From Gekko japonicus (lineage: Eukaryota), in contig NW_015167538.1 of NCBI RefSeq assembly GCF_001447785.1, positions 62,001 through 126,000 on the forward strand: a DNA stretch of 64,000 bases, given 5' to 3'. Below, one piece after another: positions 1 to 9,782 of this stretch. The notes beneath the pieces are model-generated. The model worked only from the letters and a program-made list of their open reading frames with translations. It made no database searches and was not told where the DNA came from. A program made the position numbers and the translations under genes. Position 1 is the stretch's first letter. The number at the start of each line of letters is the position of its first letter.

Positions 1-180
1 GATTTGGCACTGTCCCTCCACAGGATCACAGCTGGAGCATGCACACATCGAGTCAGGAGCTTTGACTGTTCTTGCAGTGGCCATAATGGGGAGGGAGCAT
101 GCCCGTGTGCACCTCCCTTGCATACAGACGCTGTGTTCGTGAAGGGGTGATCACATGGAGGCAAACAGCAGGGCCAGGGT

Positions 181-387
181 CAAGGCTCCCTCTAAGCTGT
201 GGAGTCCTGTGAGCAGAAATGCTACTTGGTGAGCTCCTGGCATTAAAGTTGTGAGCGAGCGATTTGGCTGCTGCATAAATTAGTTTGGTCTGGAGCCATC
301 CTTCCTGAGCAAAGGCAAAAACTGTGTGAGCCAGAGGCTAGAAAACTGTGAGCTAGCTCACACTAACTCAGTTTAGAGGGAACACTG
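181..387 (+). mobile_element. hAT MITE family A (about 207 bp), copy 1
   Basis: Terminal inverted repeats (TIRs) CAAGGCTCCCTCTAAGCTG...CAGTTTAGAGGGAACACTG; TSD gccagggt/gtcagggt. Confidence 0.85.
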
Positions 388-397
388 GTCAGGGTGC

Positions 398-852
398 CAG
401 GGGTCGTTTCGTAGAAAAAGAGCTAGGGGAACTCATTAGCATAACTTATTAGCATATGCCACACCCCTGACATCACCGGAAGTGTGTCATAAGGCCACAC
501 CCCCTGACATCACCGGAAGTGTGTCATAAGGCCACACACCCCGTCCCCAACGGTCCTGGCTGCCGCCGCCGGCCTTGCAGCTCCACTGCCGAGCCCCATG
601 AGGGGCTTGGCGATAGACCTGCAAGGCTGGCGGGAGTGCAAGGAAGCCCCGCGAAGGCCCTCCCTGGCCCCAGGCAGGCAGGGGTGGGGAGAGGCAGGGA
701 GGAAGCAACTTACCTTCCCTCTTCTCCTGCCTCCTCCTGGCTGAATGAGGGCCGGAAGCGGGGCGGCCGGAAGCGGGGGGCGGGGCTTCGTCATGTGCCC
801 CACCCCCACACCTCACCCGGGGGAACTGCGATCCCCCCCGAAATGACCTCTG
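398..852 (+). mobile_element. hAT non-autonomous element family C (ATTAGCAT/CCACACCC repeats, GC-rich core)
   Basis: TIRs CAGGGGTCGTTTCG...CGAAATGACCTCTG; perfect TSD CAGGGTGC; internal tandem duplication of about 37 bp. Confidence 0.88.
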
Positions 853-2569
853 CAGGGTGCTATTGCCTGCTCTCCACAGGCTGACTGAAAATGGGGAGGG
901 GTTTTATGTAGATGGCTTATGTGGTGGTTGCCACTAGCTTCAAAAGGGATTCAGACCCTCTCTGCCACAGTCTAGTTTCAGCACGAGTCCGCAGAGAACC
1001 ACCAGCCTGTGAAACTGCTCGAATGCTAAAATGTTAACGTGTGTCTAAATCTGAGGCTCTCTTAGAGTTTGAGGAGCAGGCCAAAAGGCCCTCCTGCCTC
1101 TCCATTGTCCTCGAGGGGTTTCGACAAAATGCATTTCCACAGCTGCTAACGGGACCTCCACGTTCCGAACCGACTTTGTCTCTGAGGACCAGATGCTGAG
1201 AAAAAAAAACAAACCTCGCTTGTGGACTTCCTTCCAGAGGACTTTGGCTGGCCATTGTGGGAGAACAGACAGTGAGCAAGACAGCCTCTTGGTCAGGGCT
1301 CATGCGAGGGCCTTCATGTTTGTCCAGCACCCTCCCCTACAGGTTCCGTGTTTGAGTCCCAGCATTGAAAACCACTCCGGGGCCAACTCTATCCCATCCC
1401 CAAAAGGCTAGGCTGTGACCCTCCCCGCCAGCCACTCCAGCCTGCTTCCCTCGAGGACCTCGGCCAGGTGCAGAACAAAAGGCACCTCCCGCTTTCATTC
1501 CAGTACTACGGCACCTTTGAAGGTCAGCGCTGGCTTGTTGCTTTGTCTGGCCAAGCAGGGCCTGCCTTCTGTCCGCCCTGCCTGCAGGCCCTCAGCGCCA
1601 AGCATTGCGGCAGGAGCAGCCCTTCGCAAAGGCTGCCTTGGGAGCGGGAAGATGAAAAAAGAGTCACCCTGCTAATGTAATAGCTGATGGCCTCTCCAGT
1701 GCCGTTTGAACTGTTTACAGACTGAGTTAACGATTACAGGCAATGTGTACCTTGGCCGCCTGCCCGAAATTCTTACCCGCCCGTCAGATATTATCAAAGA
1801 AACCTTCCTTGCTCGCCTGGAGTCCTTCCAACACACCTCAGAGAGATGCCGACACCAAAGGCGGAGCCAGAGTTGGCACTCGGACTGCAGAGGCCCAAGC
1901 AAGAGTGACTCTCTCAGCCAGGGAAGGGAGTCCCATTTGGCTGGCCTGGGGGCTCCAAGTGGTTCAGGCACACTTAGAAGGAAGAGAGGATTATTTGGGA
2001 TACCATTCCAAGGCCCAAAAGGGCCTCAGAGGTAGAAAGGACGGTCAGTGGAAGGAATACCAGGATGAACTTGGGTTCAAGTCCTCATTCTTTCCTGGTC
2101 CCATGAGGCCTTGAGATGATGACCACGGGCTTCGATGGCTTTCCAAGGAGGGTAGACAACTCTGTGGAGGTCAGTCCATCAGTGGTGAAAATACGACAGT
2201 TTAAATAATTCTATAGCCAATCATAAGGGGACCGGGTCTCTCACTATAGAGGAAGAGACTTCCCAGAACACCTGGGTGCCCATTACCACTCAGTAGAGCT
2301 GTCGGGGAATAATGAAGGGGAATAGGCACCGCCACGATGTCACTTCTGGTGCAAAATTGGAAGTGATTGCATAATGTTGTGACGCTCTAGGATTCCTCAT
2401 CACTGTGATGTGATGATGTCATTTCTGCTTTGTGCTGCAAGTGACAGTGCTGTGTTGCCGCAACACCTGTTTCCCACCATTTGCATGTTTCCACCCTCTA
2501 AGCCTCATGCCACCCTCTAAACCTCTTACTGAAAGCTGGCAAGCCGAGTTGCGGCAAAATTAAACAGGA

Positions 2570-2693
2570 GTCCAGGGGCATGTTAAAGACTAACAGTGTC
2601 TATTCCAGCATAAACTTTCGTGAGTCAGAGTTCACATCGTCAGATACACATGGACGTAATGAATTTGTGTTAGTCTTTAAGGTGCCCCTGGAC
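2570..2693 (-). mobile_element. Penelope-like fragment with 26-bp inverted repeats and a hammerhead-like core
   Basis: Inverted repeats at 2570-2595 and 2668-2693 (2 mismatches); minus strand GTATCTGACGATGTGAACTCTGACTCACGAAAGTTTATGC at 2647-2608. Confidence 0.7.
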
Positions 2694-2821
2694 AGTATAC
2701 CACTACATACAGGGGCCTTCATGCCTTGCTTGTTAGCTTTTCATTGGAATCTCTAGATGGAAATGGGTTGTTGGACCTTTGGTGTGCTGCAGCAGACTGC
2801 TTTATAATTATTCATAATAAG

Positions 2822-3216
2822 CAGGGCTATTTCTGGGCAGGAACACACAGGAACGGAGTTCCGGCTGGCTCCCGAGCTGGCCACGCCCAGCAGGAACTCA
2901 TTAGCATAATAGGCCACACACAACAGCAGAAACGCATTAGGATTGGCTACATTAGGGGTGTGTGGCCTAACATGCAAAGGAGTTCCTGATACAAAAAAGC
3001 CCTGGGTTTGGACAACAAACAAGGTAAACAGAATAAGAAGCAAAAGGTGGGTGTGGCTGGATGACCACACTTCTGGTAACATGGGGCTGCGGCCTAATGT
3101 GCTAAGGAGCTGTGCTGTCAGGGGTGTGGCCTAATATGCTAATGAGTTTCAGCTATTGGGTGTGGCCTATTATGCTAACGAGTTCCTGCTGGGCTTTTTC
3201 TACAAAAAGAGCCCTG
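2822..3216. mobile_element. Compound hAT element (C-related; one left end and two right ends)
   Basis: CAGGGCTATTT start, internal AAAAAAGCCCTG ending at 3004, terminal AAAAAGAGCCCTG ending at 3216; same architecture as 34738-36606. Confidence 0.75.
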
Positions 3217-4541
3217 AAAGCATAATTACAATAATAAGCATTTTAAAAGCACATTACAATGTACACAAGTTTTGCATACATTGTCTCAGGAACCTAAGAG
3301 CAACCCTCTATTATTATTGTGTGTGGAGGGGTGAAGCATTCTGTACATGCTCAGAGGCACAGCTCTCTCTCTCACAAACATACCTTTTCCAGAAGCTCAG
3401 TCTAGGGATAGAAAACAAATTCCCGGCTGGTCCAAATTAAGTTCCCAGGCCATTATAAGACAGCCCATATCCCTTTGGGCAGTGTGTTGGGTCTCTTTAA
3501 GCAGCCCTCCCTTGTCCATCCCTAGCCAACCGGCATGCAATCCCCAAATCACTCGCAATGCCGCAACTGAGTCACAAGTCCAAGCATCTTCTGGGATTTG
3601 GCAGCAGGATCCTGGGATTGCCTGACTCTTGGCTTCCTTGATGACCCTCAAAAATAAAAGTCCTGGGCTGGCTCCTGAAGCCCCTGGCCCTTTTCAGGGC
3701 CCTGCTCCCCATAATAAAGGCCCTAAAATACAGAGCAAATGCAGATGGTGGCGCAGAGTGCCTGGTGCAGACAGGCAGAGATGTGTGTGTGTGTGTGGGG
3801 TTGTCTCTGGTAACATGTGCACCTTGGATCTGGGGGGTGTGTGGCTTCCCCCAGCAGGTGCGCTGAGTGGAGTTGATGGTGCTCTCGCTAGAAATCTTGG
3901 GAGTCTGCTGTTGGCAGAGGCCCCGAACCTCCTGTGCTGTGGCTGTGGGCCATTTGCTTGCTTCTTCAGCTCCTGCAGCTTGTACAGACAGGCCTGCCTT
4001 GCTCAGAGAGGGAGGAATCGGATTCTCACCCCCAGGGGCTTGCTAAGTAACTTGCCCGCACTTCAAAGGAGTCCTTTATTTTGCCTTGGTGATCACACCC
4101 TGCAAAAATTTCCCACCGACAAAAGAAATCGTTTTATAGGCAAACGGGGGATTGGAATGTCTCTCCGCAACCCTGATGAAGGAAGGAAGGCCCAGAGCAC
4201 GCCCAGAAGGAGCCAGGGAATGGAGGCCTCCCCCCATCTCTGCAGTAAGAGGTGCAGGGGGCACAGAGGCTACCTTTCAGGCACACCTCTGACCCTCGAA
4301 AGCTTTGACCTGAATCCCAGATGAATTTTTTCAGTGTAGAGGGAGAGATACTCGGTTCTTTGTGGGCTTTCAGGGCTCTGCTTTATTGCATTATACATTT
4401 TGGGGACGGCTCCAGAATCCAAACCAAGCCCTAATAACTTGGTCAAGTTCAGCGCGTTCCAATTGCCAACACAGATGCCATGGTTTCTGCACATAGCAGG
4501 GGACAACAGAGACCATACCCCCTATCTTCCATAATTGTGCT

Positions 4542-4748
4542 CAGTGCTCCCTCTAAGCTGAGTCAGTGTGAGCTAGCTCACAGTTTTTTAGCCTCCGGCT
4601 CACACATTTTTGCCTTAGCTCAGGAAGGAGGGCTCCAGAGCAAACTAATTTACACAGCAGCCAAATCGCTCGCTCGCAACTTTAATGCCCGTAGCTCACA
4701 AAAGTAGAATTTTTACTCACAAGACTCCACAACTTAGAGGGAACATTG
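4542..4748 (-). mobile_element. hAT MITE family A, copy 2
   Basis: Same TIRs, opposite orientation; perfect TSD ATTGTGCT. Confidence 0.92.
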
Positions 4749-5472
4749 ATTGTGCTTATTTAACAGAGATAGACCACAGTATCTGGCTTGGTATAGGTTG
4801 GTACACAGTGGAGTGTGATCCAAACAATATATCTTGGGATCCTTTGCAACAAGCACGGAGCAGTGCCAACATCAAGAGGTTGCTCCAACAAGACAGCGAC
4901 CCTCTCTTTTTCTTTTTAGACCAACTGGCACCAGTGAGGCTCAAAGAAAGTAACATTTTGCTCCCTGCAAGGTAGTTATGGTTTTTGGAAGAAGACGGCT
5001 GCGATTTGGGGGAGAGGTGGTGTTGAATGATGAGGGGAACAGGGTTGGAGGGGATTTACCCATGGTTGGGAGGAGAGTTAGGGAGCTGTGAAGGAAGGAT
5101 CCACATTGTGCCCAAGGGCCTCTAAAGATCAAGACTGAATGCTGGGTTGCATGCAGATAGCTGCAGCCCAACATCCTCTGGGAAAGTGGAAGGGATCCTG
5201 GATCACACCGCTGGGCGCAGCTGCTTGGCAAAGCGCCTTGGCCAGCTTCCTTCTTCAGATCTTGCTTCTTTTCATTACCCTGAGACCAGATTTGACCACA
5301 CAAGCATGCAGCGATTTGCAAAAAAGCTAGAGGTTTTCTCGTTAAGGCTGTGGATTAACCATCATTTAAGTAATGACTATAATATAAAAATCCGTTTATG
5401 ATCTTCCACTCTACCCCTTGCCAGTCCTCCTTACAGCAGCTCTTTTTCAGATAGGGAGCCGAGGCTACGGAG

Positions 5473-5880
5473 TATGGTGGAAACTGCCATCAAGTCACCG
5501 ATGACACTGGCAGGGTTTTTGAGGCAAGAGACCTCCAGAGGTGGTTTTCCATGGCCTTCCTCTGCGTCGGGACCTTGGTATTCCTTGGAGGTCTCCCATC
5601 CAAATACTAGCCAGAGCCAACCAATGTTCCCTCTAAGCTGTAGAGTCTTGTGAGCAGAAATTCTACTTTGTGAGCTACCGGCATTAAAATTGTGAGCAAG
5701 TGATTTGGCTACTGCATAAATTAGTTTGCTCTGTAGCCATCCTTCCTGAGCTGAGACAAAAATGTGTGCGCCGGAGGCTAAAAAAATGTGAGCTAGCTCA
5801 CACTAACTCAGCTTAGAGGGAACATTGGAGCCAACCCTGCTTAGCTTTTGAGACCTGACGAGATCAGGCTAGCCTGGTCC
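5473..5880 (-). mobile_element. 5S rRNA-derived SINE (5S-Sauria-like), split by MITE A
   Basis: Minus strand reads ...GATCTCGTCAGGTCTCAAAAGCTAAGCAGGG...TGGATGGGAGACC... (5S A/C boxes), followed by a non-5S tail. Confidence 0.8.
5622..5827 (+). mobile_element. hAT MITE family A, copy 3, inserted in a 5S-derived SINE
   Basis: Perfect TSD GAGCCAAC; SINE sequence continues on both sides. Confidence 0.92.
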
Positions 5881-6604
5881 CAGTGTGGGGAGGTATAATT
5901 CACACACCACTTTCCCAGTAAACATCACGCACGTCTGGCCTCCCTGGCCAAAGGCACAGTAGGATTCCAGAACCCTAAGAAATGCACCATGATGCAATTG
6001 CTTGCCTGCATTATTTACGATCTGATATTTAATTGAAACAGTGGCTTTAATAAAAAAAACCCAACCAACCTATTCATGGAGAGTTACATGCAACTTGAAA
6101 GAAACACTGTTAATTCCAAATCTCCATCACACCAAATTAGTGGGGAGAGGGGAGAATGTGTCTGATTCTGCTTAGAGTGGGTGTTCAGAGACCTTGCATA
6201 GCCAAGGATCAGTCTTTCCCAGCATCCTGCTTCCAGCTGTGGCGAGGCAGATGTTCCTGGGAAAGCACAAAAGCAGGGCTTTCGCACATGAAGGTGTCTC
6301 GGACCACTGATATATCAAGTTGGTAATGTCTGGCAGTAGCTCTCCAGGGTCTCCAGGGACTTTCATGACACTTGCTGCCTGATTCTTTTCATTGGAGATG
6401 CTGAGGACTAAACCTGGGACCTTCTCATCATCAGCATCTTGAACCGCTCCAGAAGCCTGTCCTGAATTAAGTTCCATTGGGTGACCAAATTCTAGTATTC
6501 CAAGAGAAGAAGACAGAAGTTCTCCATACCTACTTTTGGCCACAGTAAGCACCATTTTAGAATCCCCACCAGTCTCTATTTAGCTTTTCCCTAGACTGAG
6601 AAGC

Positions 6605-6941
6605 TGCGGTGGCTCAAGTGGTTAAGACGCTGAACTGCAGGCTGTGGAAGGTCAGTAGTTCAGCAGTTCGAGACCCGGGTGCCGCATGACGGAGTGAGCT
6701 CCTATCTCTAGTTCCAGCTCCTGCCAACCTAGCAATTCGAAAGCAAGAAATTGCAAGTAGATAAATAGGGACCACTTTGGTGGGAAGGTAACAGCGTTCC
6801 GTGCGCCTTGGCGTTTAGTCATGCCGGCCACAAACGTCTTCGGACAGCGCTGGCTCTTCGGCTTTGAAACGGAGATGAGCACCGCAACCCTAGAGTCAGA
6901 TTTGACTGGCTTTCGAGCAAGGGAACCTTTACCTTTACCTT
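6605..6941 (+). mobile_element. Sauria SINE (Squam1), near full length
   Basis: tRNA-like A/B boxes (TGGCTCAAGTGG, GTTCGAGAC), Sauria body (GCCAACCTAGCAATTCGAAAGC), (ACCTTT)n tail, 13-bp TSD TAGACTGAGAAGC. Confidence 0.9.
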
Positions 6942-7235
6942 TAGACTGAGAAGCCCCAAGTGTTTCAGCCTTTCACCATAGGGAATATGCTCCACTCCCT
7001 TGATCTTTTGGGCTGCCCTTTTCTATACCCCCTCAGGGATAGTAAAAATCCAAAAACCTTTTACTTGGACATAAGTCTCACTGGATTCAGGGGCATTTAC
7101 ATCCCAGTAAGCCTCTGGACTGAAACCTCACAGGCTGGCCCTGTGCATGAACTAACTGGGATTTACCCTCCAGGAAGTAGGCACAGGACTGGGAAGTGCC
7201 GTCAAGTTGCCACTGATTAATGGCCACCCCATAGG

Positions 7236-7421
7236 TAGGGTTGCCAGGTCCAAGCTGGGAAAGGAGGGTGGGGGGGGAGGGGAGGGGCTTCAGTGGGGTA
7301 TAATACCACAAAGCTCACTTTCCAGGCAGCCATTTTCTCCAGGTGAACTGATTCCTGTCACACGGAGATCAGTTGTCATTCCAGGAGATCCCCAGGCACC
7401 ACCTGGAGGCTGGCAACCCTG
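7236..7421. mobile_element. hAT MITE family E (TIR TAGGGTTGCCA)
   Basis: Perfect TSD CCCATAGG. Degenerate relatives lie near 8750-9440, 10140-10345, 10922-11112, 30340-30550, 32095-32287 and 41135-41346. Confidence 0.85.
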
Positions 7422-8795
7422 CCCATAGGTTTTTGAAGGCAAGAGGCAAACAGAGGGGGTCTGCCTTTGCCTGTCTCGGTGTAAGGACCCTCGCTGTGCT
7501 CAGCCTTCCGATGGGCAAGCGTGTTCAGTCTCTTGCTGATCTTGCAAAACGCAAATGCACTGCGTGTTCAGACATTCTTTGGCCCGTTGGTTTTTGTGCA
7601 CTTCGGTATTTGCAAAAGCAGCTGGAAATCTAACTCGGAGCCGCAGTTCTAGTCTCGAAAGAGGACTTGTTACACGAGAGCAGGAAAAAAATGTGAGGAA
7701 TATTTGCACCTGCCCGTTCATGCTCTTCCAGCGGCAGCACTGCTTTCCTTTGAAAATGGGCTCCGGTGTTCTGTGGCGAGGTGTGAGCTGCCTGCTAGGC
7801 CAGACCTCTCCTCCCGTTGCACTTTTGGTCTGCTCTCCTGTTTTACAGCAAGCCGAGGAAGGTGCGGGGGGGGGGGTTCTGGAGGTTGTTTTATTTTGGA
7901 CATGAGTGCAGAGCTGAGGAGCAGCAAACCGGAAGCAGCCAGTCCTGTGCGGTTTTGAACAGCACAAGGGAGGGAGGGAGGCAACGGGCTGCAATGGAGT
8001 CCTCGGTATTGTGTGGAAAGTGAAGATAAGGAAATCAGGTCACACATATTTGCGGGTGATGGACGCTTGGTTTTTATGACTGAGGAGAACGCATTCGGGC
8101 GGGTGGCAGAAACGCTGGCCACACGCGGGACACTGCCCAAACGATGTCTCTGTCAAGGAGCTCAGGGCACGATCTGCTACCAAGTCCTCCTGCATAACAG
8201 TGTTCTTGCTCAGATCCTGCACACTGCCAAGCAGGCAGATTGGGTCCCACGTCTGACGATCCCCCTTATGGTCTTCAATAACAATGCAGATTATTTGTTG
8301 CGCTCATAGCCTCTGAGGAACTCAGGGCAAGGTAGGCATCTCATTGCAGAGCTCACAACAATCTTACGAGGTAGGGGAGATAGCAACACTCCTGTGGTCA
8401 CCCAGCAAGCTTCTTGGCTGAGCAAGGATTCAGTCCCTCCGGGCCCCCGGTACAGTACAAATAGCCCTCATGCCACACACCTCGTGTGTTAACAGATACT
8501 GTTAACGCATATGGAAGGAGGGGAAGGTGAGAAGCCATCGGTTGGCTTCCCGATACATTTTGAGTGCTTCTTGCTTGGGCATTAGAGATCCTGTCTGTAG
8601 AGCTGAAAGCTCCGTTTTTCGGTTTTTCAGTTTTTCAGTTTTTTGTGATCTTGACTGAAGACTCTTGAGATGAAGATTGGGAGATATGTTGTTAAATAAA
8701 TAATTTTTTAAAAAGTAAAGTGGATACACACACACACACGCAAACAGTAGTATGGTTGCCATTGTGTGGGTCTGGGTTTTCCCCCCTGGAACTAA

Positions 8796-9286
8796 GAGTG
8801 CGTTCAGATGGACAGCTAATCCCACCATTATGCCGGCTCAAATTTGATCCGGCGCGCTGCTTCCGCTGTGGATTGTCTAGATGGGGTTCACTGAAGGAGG
8901 CACACGCAGTGGGGTTTTTACAAACTTTTTGCACATGCACATATGCATGATATCGCAGTCTTGTTTATCTGCGCATGCGCAGAATCAAGATTTTTTTAAA
9001 AAAAAATTGTGCCCGTTGAGGATGGTCTGACGTCAGACCACCCCAAACGGGTGCCATTTTTAATTGCACGCTGGAACGATCAGACGGGGGGAAATCCGCG
9101 AGTGGCCCGTCAGAACCGAAAACTCCAGATTGAAAGTGGTATCTTTTTAGTACGGCTCCAAGGTGCAGCAAAACGGGATGCTCACGGAAGACGGACGTTT
9201 CCCAGATGTTGATGTCTGGACGTTACACTTAAATCTATGAGGCACCTGTGCCTCGCGCGGATCTAAAGAGCCGTCAGAACGCACCC
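8796..9286. mobile_element. PIF/Harbinger-like MITE nested in a family E element
   Basis: TIRs GAGTGCGTTCAGATGG / CCGTCAGAACGCACCC; 3-bp TAA TSD; CpG-rich. Confidence 0.75.
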
Positions 9287-9574
9287 TAAAACTGATCTCC
9301 AGATTGCAGAGTCAGTTCCCTGGGAGGAAATGGTGACTTTGGGGGTGATCTCTATGGTATTTCATTCCTCCAGAGCCCCCTCCCTAATCACCACCCTCAG
9401 ATCTCCAAGATTTTTTGCAAGCTGGGGCTGGCAGCTCTACGCAGTCGGGTGGTAAGGAGAGAGGGGTGAAGGTGTTTGGGAGACCAGGGAAGGAAGGGAA
9501 AACATCACACAGGGCACAGGGGAGCCCTGCGCCAAAGCCATCCAGTCTCTCTGAGGGGGACCATCTAGTTTAAT

Positions 9575-9782
9575 GGGTGGCAGTGGAAAGTACCGTCAAG
9601 CCACAGCCAATTTATGGTGACCCTGGAGGGTTTTTCAAGGCAAGAGACGTTTCAGAGGTGGTCCGCCATTGCCATTCTCTGCATAGCAACCCTGGTGGTC
9701 TCCCATCCAAGCACTAACCAGGGCCGACCCTCCTTAGCTTCCGAGATCTGACAAGATTGGGCTAGCCTGGGCCATCCAGGTC
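9575..9782 (-). mobile_element. 5S rRNA-derived SINE
   Basis: Same 5S-like head and tail as 5473-5880. Confidence 0.8.

Noticed and set aside
3629-4324. 231-aa plus-strand ORF
   Set aside because: No recognisable domain, runs through a (TG)n microsatellite and lies antisense within the RNF43 intron; likely chance.
6605-6690. tRNA genes at SINE heads
   Set aside because: Only A/B boxes are retained; there is no full cloverleaf and they are followed by SINE bodies.
7500-8230. CpG-containing segment as an alternative RNF43 promoter
   Set aside because: Only scattered short motifs (ETS, GATA, one TCF-like site); insufficient without conservation or chromatin data.
9575-9782. 5S rRNA genes
   Set aside because: The 5' end is divergent, copies are mutated and share a non-5S tail, so they are SINEs.
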